DNA of 64,000 bases, from positions 5,704,001 through 5,768,000 of the forward strand of contig OZ249451.1 of NCBI GenBank assembly GCA_965235115.1, given 5' to 3'. Every line of letters begins with the position of its first letter. Position 1 is the stretch's first letter. The position numbers and the translations under genes were made by a program. Of this stretch, positions 48,701-59,179 are shown in pieces. Source of the DNA: Laetmonice hystrix. Its lineage: Eukaryota. The notes under the pieces were generated by a model. That model was not told the origin of the DNA, searched no databases, and saw only the letters and a list, made by a program, of their open reading frames with translations.

Positions 48701-51700
48701 CACCCTGTAAAGGTGCTGGTTGGTGTGCATGGCTTGTGTGTTGAAGCGCACGTGCCATCCCTCAACGTCATAGCTTGTGCGTACAAGATAGCCATAGACT
48801 GACCAGTCAGTCGTTGCCCACCGCCGGCCCATCCATTGCCGTTTGATGTAGCGCAGGAGCGGCTGCAGGCAGTGTTTTGTTTCCTTGGGCACCCGGATCT
48901 TGAGGGTTTTAAAGGCATGGGGGATGTGCTCGCCAGGGAGGAATGGGAGGGAGAGCAGGAGTTTTATCTGCTTGTGCACGACCCCTTCACTGTAGTACAG
49001 TGGCTGAAACAAAACAAAAAATACACTCTCAATATACAAACCAATAATATTCCTTGATAAAAGTCAGGTAGTTCAATTCCAGGTTTCAAAATAATCAACC
49101 ACTGCAGCAACAAATAGAGGCTAGGTGTCAGGCCATGCAGCTGGCCATAGAGAATCTTTGTGTTAAATATGGGTACATCACCATTAAAACTGCGAGAGGA
49201 GGTTTTTGTACATGTACACACCTCAAGACCTAGCTCGCCAACCTGCTTCATGACTGCCTGTGTCCAGTGAAAGTAACAGCCGGTTAACTTCACCCGTGGG
49301 AAAACCTCTCTTAAACTTCTCCAGATGGCTCGCTCAAAATCAGTCACTGCTCTCTTCAGCAACATTGTCGGGAGGAGGGCCTTGATGGCTTTCATCACCT
49401 AGAAACACATCGATTATTTTGACTGATAAGGCTACATGACAATAATGCCATTTTTGCCACTTTGACTAAAGTTTGAAAAGCTCTTATATCACAGACTAAA
49501 ATCATGTCTCAACTTTTGTATCACATACCCTAACATAATCCTTCTTTGTCTTCCTCGACATGATGGCAAAGGCAAGGGGTATCTGTTTAATTTCCCCAGC
49601 CGGCGTCTTGCCAAACGAATGAACCGATAACAGTTGGCAGAAAGGCTTCTTCACAATCATAAATGTGGTGTCGATGTACCACGTCTGTGCCTTCCTGAGC
49701 AGCTTTAGCTGGGCATCTGTTGCTAGAATGATATGCCGGGAACATGCCTTCTTGATGTCTTTACGTACGAATCCTGGCACAATGTCAGTCCTCAGCTAAA
49801 TGAAAAAATTAACAACATTTGAAATAACCAGTCCCATTATATTGATATCAAATACTCTAGTAAGTGCTAGTACATCAATTAATGTAACACCTTATTCATC
49901 AAGTTCATAAATTCATAGGTCTAACACTCACCGGAAATTGAAGCGTCCTCGGGTCCTCATGAATAACGTGTTGCCTCATTCTGTCTGTTGCCCTGATGAT
50001 ATTTGCCAGTTTGAGTCGGCTGTGGTGTGGGACGGAGGGGTCCTGGCCTGCCATGACATCACGCACAATTCCTGGCGCAGGTTTCAGTATGTCTGCCATG
50101 GCCTTTTCTTTGACTGATGCTACCACCTTCACCTTCGTACCGATGCCAGGAGCAGGAGGATGAGTGTGGGCAGACACTCCAAGACAAAAGTTGTCGCCCT
50201 TCTGGATGACGGACGCAGTACAGCGGTCGTTTCGTTGACGTGTGCATCTCCAGTACGTCGTCGTAGCAGAGATTCTCTGTGAGGAGAGAAAGCAAACGTT
50301 TAATACAAAATTGTATTACTACTATTGTAAGAAAGCAAGGCGTTTATTGCTAGCTGACGTGCATGATGATGCCATTTAATTACCTTCACACAGAAGGTGA
50401 ATCCAAGGTTGTCAAGCAAAATGTTTTTGCGCTTCGTCGATCCTCGTTCGACTACTTCAAACAGAGGCTGGGTAGGCTCTGAAGACGGCTCGACGGGCTC
50501 TGTGTTACTTTGTGGAGAACACTCCTTCTCAACGTCTTTGCATATGAATTCCGGTGGGACGACATCAGTCCTCAGCTAAATGTAAAAAAAACCCACAATA
50601 TTTGAAATAACTATTGCCATTTGATATCGATTGCTCTAGTAAGTACAAGTAAATCAGTGAATCAACACCTTTATCCAGTTTCAGGGGTAAAAACGGAGAA
50701 TAGGGTAGTACTAGCATTGACGGACCAGTGCACCTCGGGAGGTACTTCCTCCACTCCCCTCTTGTCATTTAGATTAGATACCTTGCAGATTTCAGTCAGG
50801 CCAGGCGTTTTTAGGGTACCTAACGTTTTTTGCCCATTTTTTGGCACTTGATAGTACGGACCAGTGCACTGACTTGGGTACTCGCCCGGTGCCCTCGCTA
50901 CTCACATTTTGCGAGAAGCAAGACTAGTGCCTGTTTTGCACACTGCAGTTTATAGGCCTAAAACTCACCTCAAAATCAAGCGCCCTCCTTTCATTTTGCC
51001 TCCTGAGTTGCCTCATTCTGTCTGTTGCCCTGATGATATTTGCCAGTTTGAGTCGGCTGTGGTGTGGGAGGGAGGGGTCCTGGTCTGCCATGACATCACG
51101 CACAATTCTTGGTGCAGATTTCAGTACGTCTGCCATGGCCTTTTCTTTGACTGATGCTACCACCTTCACTGTCTTACCGATGCCAGGAGCAGGAGGATGA
51201 TTGTGGTCAAACACTCCAAGACAAAAGTTGTCACCCTTCTGGATGACGGATGCTGCACAGCGCTGTTGTCGTTGGCGCGTGCATCTCCAATATGTCGTTG
51301 TAGTAGAGGTTCTCTGTAAGGGGAAAAGGCAAACGTTTGAAAAATGACCTGAAAATTAGGCTACGACTTTAAGACTTAAGGGTTCCTTGCCAGATGACAT
51401 GTATGCAGGGTTTCCGCCAGGAAATAATTTATGCGGGGATAATCCATGCGAGAGAAGTGGTCTCTGTGCATCTCAGAGCAAAAATCTTTCCCAAATCTAT
51501 CAACAAAATTCCACTGTGTAATATATAGAAATATGGCATGAGTTTCAGACAGCACATTACCCTACTTCTGACTCAACATACTGTTGAAAATATTGAACAT
51601 AAATAGCTGCTGAAATATCCCCTGTTGTGCAAGTTATGCATAGGAGTTACCCCCCCCCCCCCCCACCGTCCTCCCCATTTTATTACCTTAACACAAAAGG

Positions 51701-53726
51701 TGAATCCAACGTTGTCAATTAAGAGGTTCTTGCGCCTTATTGATCCCCGTTCGACTATTTCAAACATAGGCTGGGTAGGCTGTGAAGACGGCTCTATGGG
51801 CTCAGTTTTGATTTGGTGGACCTCAGTGCCTATGTCGAGGAGCTCGACATCAGTGATGCCTTCATAGGGGATGGTTACTTGGCAGTCAGTTAAGCCCATC
51901 TCCTCATGTGATATGTCGTTTGAGGTTAAAAGATGAACGTCCTTGAAGCTGCTGTCTGGTTGAGTTGTTGTTAGAGGGAGCTGCAGTGGTTCGTCTACAG
52001 ACATGGGAATCTCATCAGGTGGTTCGCCGTGGGTTGTGGACACTCTGGAGCAGTCCTGACACTTCCAAACCAGATGCTCTCCTTGAATAGCCCCTTCAGT
52101 TCGATATTGTTCTGTGGTAACTCCACTCTCACACAACACGTGTTGCCATCGCTCACAAAATGTGCAAAAAAGCTCGTCTTTGTTGTTTTGCACAGGAAGC
52201 AAACATTTGGTGCAGTTGTCAGACATCATAACGATGGGGTCTTGAAGATGCAGTGACGGGGAGGCAGTGCTGCCACTCTGGGTTTGACCAAAAAAAAGTA
52301 TAAAGTGGCAGCACTGCATGGGGGTTCAGTAGGGCCTTCAGGGCCTGGGTGCATATACTGGTATACTCCACAAACTTTGACTAGTACCTCAGCACCATGA
52401 TTCTCTAAACTTACACATGGGTGGGCTGTATTTATAAACCTTTACAATAAGATTTCCAAAAATAAATGAATGAAAAGACCAGTAAGAAAGTTGCATTATG
52501 TGAGACATAGTGAGAGAACCTATGAGTGGAAATAACACTTCGAGCTGTTGTTCTAGAAGTATTACAATGTTGTACTGTTTTTTACAAGGATAGTCAGGCC
52601 TGTATGTGGTATACTATAACAACTGTTAGAAATAGGTATGTTTCACAGCTGAAATACTGCTGACTGGTTGTTAAACATTAATTACTAACTCACTCACTCA
52701 TCTGCTCATCACAATGAAGTCACTATAGATCTAGAAGTTATAAGATTATTGGCTTAGGTCCAGCATAATACCAAAATCTCCCTTGTCACACCTGTCCTTG
52801 CTTTAGCGTGGACTTAGCAGAAACAACTCTGAGTTGACAGGGCTGCAAGAACCCAAGATTAATATGCAGTGGTTATTTTGCCAGCAGGCATTCTGGCAAA
52901 AAAAGGAAATAAGTTTGAATAATTACCAACACAAAACAATAATCAAGCCTTCAAGTGGGTGGAGAAAAATATTTTAATAAGGTTTTTAAAGGTTTTCCTT
53001 TCCAAAATATAGGGCCCTTCCCATCAAAATATAGAGTGAATTTCTGACATCGTGTTGTTGAAATTGTAATGATGCTGGGGCAAAGCCAAGTGCCATAGCC
53101 TGCATAGCCATAGGCACAAAGCGATTCCAGGGGCCGGTGGTTATGCTCCCACGGAAAATGTCCTTTGCCTTGGCCAAATCTGAAGTAAATCTGTTTAATA
53201 TATTTGTTGCGGCTGGGTTTACCCGTGTTTTTATTAACCCAAGTCATGGCATATTGAGAAGCGTGGTACATTTTCAAAATCAGAGGCTGCAACTGTCTCT
53301 GAGTCTGAGTTATGCTTGACTGAGTTGAGGCAAGTTTCAATATTGTATACTGTATGCCAGCAAAACAACCACTGCACGAGGGGGGGGGCTTAGACCAGAG
53401 CAGAGGTTTGCGAGAGTAGCATGACGCTACCATCTCAAAAAGGTGTGAAGTTGACGACGCGTGGCGCTAGCGTAATGACTGGAGTCCGACTGGGAATGGG
53501 ACGGCGAGGAGTCGACACCGACCCGGGGACCCCGTCGTGGCGTGGGAGGCGGTATCGACGTGGTGATCTCTCACTAGTCTCAGAGATTCTCAGAGATCAC
53601 CACATAATACAAGTCTATAATCTGAGTATATCTAAAAAAATACTTTGAATTGAGTCAATAGAAACGGGGATTACGTACCTTCGCCGGCGGGACGACGGTG
53701 ATTTTCTTGAAGTTATAATGCGTCAT
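42776..53726 (-). CDS. GTPBP4: Nucleolar GTP-binding protein 1 (NOG1/GTPBP4), about 638 aa, 15 coding exons
   Basis: Exons 53726-53679 ([16 protein letters not shown]), 47773-47603, 47121-47018, 46805-46722, 46461-46308 (GFPNVGKSS), 46112-46020, 45863-45714 (IDTPG), 45558-45361 (NKID), 45149-45039, 44743-44608, 44471-44371, 44152-44040, 43682-43535, 43274-43122 and 42928-42776 ([18 protein letters not shown]). All are GT-AG with consistent phases. Confidence 0.95.
48373..48378 (-). terminator. Candidate polyadenylation signal of the nested MULE gene
   Basis: AATAAA on the minus strand about 135 nt after the stop at 48512, inside NOG1 intron 1. Confidence 0.55.
48512..52229 (-). CDS. PHD-FLYWCH-FLYWCH-MULE (Mutator-family) transposase-derived gene, about 786 aa, 7 exons, nested in NOG1 intron 1
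   Basis: Exons 52229-51687, 51313-50969, 50575-50384, 50276-49932, 49795-49529, 49398-49222 and 49003-48512 are all GT-AG, all phase 0, with no internal stop. C4HC3 PHD finger; two YWRC..C..HxH FLYWCH domains; MULE motifs [21 protein letters not shown] and [10 protein letters not shown]. Confidence 0.88.
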
Positions 53727-54533
53727 TTTAACAAGGTTACCATTCCCTCGTGCTTACTGCACCGGAAGAGGAACTGTCATTTTGGTGCGGACCACAGCTG
53801 GACCGCACAAAATAGAATTATTTTAAATCTACGGCTAGAAAATCATGTGAAAATATAAATAAAGACTTTTATATCAAATATAACATTTTTTTCCTCGGGA
53901 AAAGATTTAGAAGTGCTGCAAGACACGTCAAAAAACGTACACGTATACGAGATTACAGGTTTCGTCACTAGATGGCAGCACAGTGGCACAGTTTGGCCTC
54001 CAAGCGGCGATACAAAGAATCAATGGGCAACCTTTGCCGATAGGTGGTGCCACAAATCAAATTGCACAAATCTAAATGCGGTATCAAACGCCCTGCTTTA
54101 GCAAGTTAGTATAGAACGTTGAACAAGTTAGTATAGAACGTTGAACATTATTTTCGCGGGTTTTCGCTCAAATGCGACATTATTAAACCAGTGATTAAAC
54201 ATCTTGTAGGCCTAGTGACGAGTGACGGCGCCATAACTGAACAGGGGCCGGGGCGCATGCAAAGATCTATAGGCCTACCAAAGAACGGCAGAGAGGCCTC
54301 ATGTGAGCACCATCAACTAGATGGCGCTGCCGAGCCTGCCGTGGTGGCGCCGCTGACATCTAAAAAGGAAGCGCTCTGTTAACCCGCATCTTTTTCTGCA
54401 AATGAATGGTCAGGCGGGAGATTTCACAGTCGGGAGATCGGGAGAAAAGGGCAAAAACCTCCCAAATTCGGGAGTTCTCCCGCCTAAGCGGGAGTTTTGG
54501 CAGGTCTGCGCTAACCTCTGACCGCACTCGCGC

Positions 54534-54605
54534 TAGCCTGATCCCCTGCCTATCAGACGCATCCGCTACGGTATGTTAGTCAATATACAACTGGGGACCA
54601 GGCTA
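54534..54605. mobile_element. 72-bp internally deleted derivative of the 22176-22603 MITE
   Basis: TIRs TAGCCTGATCCCC / GGGGACCAGGCTA. The interior is the two subterminal ends of the 22176 element in reverse orientation. CACTCGCGC is repeated on both flanks. Confidence 0.75.
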
Positions 54606-55039
54606 ACACTCGCGCTACCTCGGATTTCCATAAATAACTGGCGCTACCTGGTGAGTATGACCTATGACCTTCCACAAGCCGGAAGGTGGCAGTGCAGGCG
54701 GAGGCGCCGTTTCAGTACAGCACGGTGGCGTTTGCCTGCAACATCTCTACAGGTAGAGGTCTAATCTGTTTTTATTTGGGGATGGGATATCTGATGTAGA
54801 AAAGGCACACAACCATTTCATTTGCCATTGCTAATTAAACCTTTACGGCAAATTGCCATTGGGACTACCTGAAGTTGACGGAGGCTTACAGACGGTCTGT
54901 AGGCCGAGGGCGGGACACAGATTAGATGGGAGTAATGATAGACGAAACGTATGGCCTGCCTCCTGGACAATAAAGGCATGGAAACATGAAACATGAGGCG
55001 TCCCCACACTATTGGCTACCGTTGTATAAAGGCAAAAAG

Positions 55040-55280
55040 TACAGTGTGGCCAAACAGGGAGGCTAAATAGTACAGTGAGGAGCCCCTACGAGGTACTGGC
55101 TGCCCTATTCCCAAGCAAACAGTAGCCTACAGTGAGGTCAAACAGTATAGATCTACAGTGAGGCCAAACAGTAGGCTACTGTGAGGTCAAGCAGTGTGGG
55201 AGGCCAAACAGTAGGCCTACCGTGAGGAGTCCCTACATCTTACCAGCTGGCCGAGTACCTAAGCAAACAGTGAGGTAGTG
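55040..55280. repeat. Degenerate short-period repeat related to the reverse complement of the 52-bp satellite
   Basis: Recurring ACAGTGAGG and CAAGCAAACAG motifs, which resemble the reverse complement of CCTCACTGT and GTGTTTGCTCG. Confidence 0.45.
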
Positions 55281-56715
55281 AAAATGAAAGGTACAGGCAA
55301 GGAGCATCTAATGTTAAAATTTGGAGAAGATACTCAAATGGGAAGTATACATTTCACAACCATTTATCTGTAGCGAACGTACGTGACGGAAATGCTTTTG
55401 AAGTTATACATTCTGGCCAAACGTTTCGCACCTGGACGTGCAGTGACGTCATTTGGAGGGAAACAGCATGGTAATGTTTATGTTTACGTCCATGGGCATT
55501 GGCGCAGACTGGTCACGGTTTATTGGATTCCTGGATTCTATTGTCCACTGCCTATTTAATTGTTGTCCCTCCAACTGACGTAACCTGCATAATCTTTATA
55601 GCCTAGATCTACCCTCACACCGCCAACCGGCATGGAGGGCAGGCGGTCCATCTCCAAATCTTAAACCAATTTAAAACAACTTTTTATTTAAAAGGGAATC
55701 CCACGCATCCTTGTGAGCGGCATTTGAAACATTTCAGGACTACGGTCACAGTTCTCAATTTGTTTTAATGCGTATGTATTTTATTGAACGCCACGTGACC
55801 CGGTCCTAGAAAACAAAGGGAAATTAACATTCTTTCTTTGAAGTTTTAATTAAGAATGCGCGACAAAACAATTTATTTGGTATTATTACATCAAATTGGG
55901 TACGAATCGCTGATTACAAGGTTTCAAAGTGACATGAAAGGGAGATCATTGAAGGCAAGTTGATACTAGACGGAATGATAAATAAACTTGAGGCCACTTT
56001 TAAAAAAAGATTATGTCTACCTTTTGTTTGAGCGGACTTCTGCTGCGGTTTTTTTAACCACAGTGAATGCCTTCCAGATCCAGGTAGTAGGCCTACATAC
56101 AGAGAGTAAAGCGTGGTGGTTGCGAACTGTAGGCTAGTGCTCTTCTTTAAAGAAATACGGTCGACATCCTATTACACACACATTAAGAAACAACTATATT
56201 GGGCCTATGTACTACTGTAAACAAAATATAACACTGTTAACACAGTCAAACAATGGAATACCAGACCTTATCTCGATCCATGACAATAGGTGTAGGCCTA
56301 TTTGTGCTGCGTGCAGGGTTCCCAGCACTTAGCCTATCGATGTAGATCTAGTCGAAATTTACTGCGTCATAGAGTCTATGAGCCTGAGAAGTAAATTTCC
56401 ACCAAATGCATGACGGCCCTGAAATCGCCCACTTATATCCGAGACTATTAATATTATAATGAAACATCATAATGAGCAAATTTTCTAAAATTCGCCTTCC
56501 ACGAGTTTTTTTTATTTTCATTGAAATCCAATAGAGGTCTATATTTCAGTTTCTTCGACACAATGTTTACTTTAAGAATTAAAGTCCAACTGACATCAAA
56601 ATTTACATAAAATTTAGTGCCAGATCCTGATAATACATGTAATTTGTTGTTGTTTAACTTAAAGGAGCGGTTATTGTACAAGAATATGAACTGTATGTAA
56701 GCCGTTTTAAAGACC

Positions 56716-56909
56716 AATTCCCCTGCTGACGTCATCAGGGGCAATGGTAAAGAATAGGCAGGAGTGAGACTGTGATGTGGCGCGAGATTCGAATTTTCAA
56801 TATTTTTCTAAATTGAGAGGACTTCTCAGAAAACCTATCAGGTATACGGGTACAACTCAAAGTGATCTATCTAGATCAGTAAAGTTACCTATGTGATGTC
56901 AGTTGCACT
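56716..56909 (-). mobile_element. Kolobok-like non-autonomous element end (copy 2)
   Basis: Ends CAGTTGCACT|TTAA. Inverted copy of 3639-3830. Confidence 0.6.
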
Positions 56910-59083
56910 TTAAAGTAGACCCCATAATTAGGGGCCTACGCATTCATGATATTTATTACATGATAATTAAAGAAGGATATTATTAGAACTGTATAGCCTA
57001 CCGTCATTGCAGACGGTAGGGGGGGGGGGGCTACTGCGGGTAGATCTAAACCTATTTTCACCTGCCAAGATTTAGGCCCCCACCGATGAAACATAATCTA
57101 TCTTTTCAATACAATTTAACTTGCTATAGGACGTCAAATAGGCCCTGAAGGTCCCCTACGTTCCCCTGCTATAGGCCTCTAGGTCTATACGTTTAGGCCT
57201 ACCAATAAAAAGTAGGCCTACTATATCTCAATACCTGGGGCCTACAGGTTGTAGAGATGCCGTTCTAGGCCTACATGCTAGGACACGGTGCCTGTATAGA
57301 CCTCTATAGCATTGCAGAGGTGTAGGCCTACAGACGGTGAGCTTTTATGACAGAAACAAACGTGTCGTAGGTCTGACAGCCATCAATCGGTTGATTGAAG
57401 GCTAATGTGGCAGAGTAGTGACTCCACTCCCGCTCAAGAGGTCACTGTTTGGCCGGGGGCTGCCGACCTCCGCCGACAAGCGACGAGCCCGCGAGCCGAA
57501 GGTTGCCGACGAGGGCCGACAGCGAGCCTCGGTTTGGCACTGCACCCCTCACGCCTGCGCGCCGACCTGCAGTTTGGCCGGGCTGACAGCGGTAAATGTC
57601 TGACGTGGTCATTTCAGAAAGCAGTCGGTCAGGGGCCAACTGTCTGGCCTGCTACGACCTTTCACCACTGACTCTGAAACATTACGGTTCGAATAGAAAA
57701 GATCATTAATTAGGCCCCCTATATTTGTAATTTCCTAGAGGAGCAGGGCTTAGATCTAGAGTCTTTAAGCTTTTGAAGGCCATCTCTGAAGTCGGCCTAC
57801 CTAAACTTCTAAAGGACCCCCCCCCCCCGGCCTAACCAATTTCTGGATAGGGCCTACGCCCAGGGCATAGAGACAACCTGTATTCACAATGATCGTAAAA
57901 AAGGATACCTCCCAGAGGAGGCCAAGTTGTTCAAAGGATGATGGTCTCACAACCTGGTAGCAGGGTAATATCATAGGTGATATGGGTGAGGCCAAAATGA
58001 TCAGTCGGCCTACAACACTTTTGCTCTAGGCCTACAGGGCCGTAGGCTACCTAGCAGCTCCCCCCCCCTTCCCCAGTAATCAGTGAAAAGTATCCTTTTC
58101 ATTTGGTAGAAATGTGACATTTAAGAAAATAGTGCGGCTTGTTTGGCCTTGTAAAATATCGATTCTACATGTAGTGCCTACGTTATACCATGAACGGTTG
58201 ACAGGCGCCTGGGCCTTCTACTTGGTGCTATTGATAGCTTGTGTGTGCACTCGGGCAGAACGGTGGCCTTTGACAACAATCAGAGAAAACTTTTGTGGTG
58301 ACGTCAAGTTGTCTGCACCGCCTCCACCGTCTACCTCACTGTTCCCAATTAGTGTACACTCGCTGGTCCACTCACGCTGAGCCACGCTTGTAAACCCTAA
58401 CCCTACACACACGCCCCTTCGGTACGTCCGTGTCGGATCCAAAATATCACATTAAGATTGCATTTTATATTTTTTGGACATGATAACCCTAACCTTAGAC
58501 ATAACAGTAACCCTTAATTAAACCGAAAACAAACAAAATTATGATAGGGCCTACGTAAGACTTAGCCACCTGATTTTAGTGACTACTTGACGGGGGGGAC
58601 CGGATGGTCCCTCCCTCCTGGCTATTACCGGGCTGTTACCTACCGATCTGATAGACTATAGGCCGTATCGTGCCACAGCCATTATTTAGCCTGTAAAAAT
58701 GTATGTCTTATTAATTATGGCTTAAGGCCAATGGATAATTTAAACGCTCGTATTTCTTCTAATATTTGTGCGTACGAGGCCATTTGATTAAAAAAAAAGT
58801 TCCCATGACGCTATAGTGTAGGAAGTCATGTGACTCTGCTGGCGCGAAATCAACTCTTTCTTTCTCGAAGGTCGTTCGACTCTCAGCCATACCAGCTCTG
58901 CTATTCGTCGCGTCAACCTGGTTTGTCATGATTCAAACATGTTTTGTTTCAGTGGCGCTTTCAGAGGTCGTCCAGTTTGAAGTGTTGCAGGTTCCTGTTC
59001 ACAGACGGACTGAGCTGAAGGGTAGGAACCAGCCCAGATCGGCTGTTACCAACACTGACTCACAATTAACGCTCACTGAAAAC

Positions 59084-59153
59084 ATGGCCGCCGTTGGGCA
59101 GTCGGAGAATGGCCTAGATCGGAAGTTTCACTCGGCAGCACGGTTATATGCAG
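59084..59153 (+). CDS. Putative first coding exon of an unidentified gene (MAAVGQSENGLDRKFHSAARLYA)
   Basis: AAACATGG Kozak-like start and a CAG|GTAAAG donor. Promoter-like motifs lie 200-260 bp upstream (GTCATGTGAC, TGGCGCGAAA). No downstream exon identified. Confidence 0.4.
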
Positions 59154-59179
59154 GTAAAGGTTTTCTTTTTTAACGGGCG

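Noticed and set aside
47800-53600. Terminal inverted repeats for the nested MULE gene
   Set aside because: Comparison by eye of 47800-48500 with 52300-53600 showed no inverted match. A dot-plot is needed to exclude decayed TIRs.
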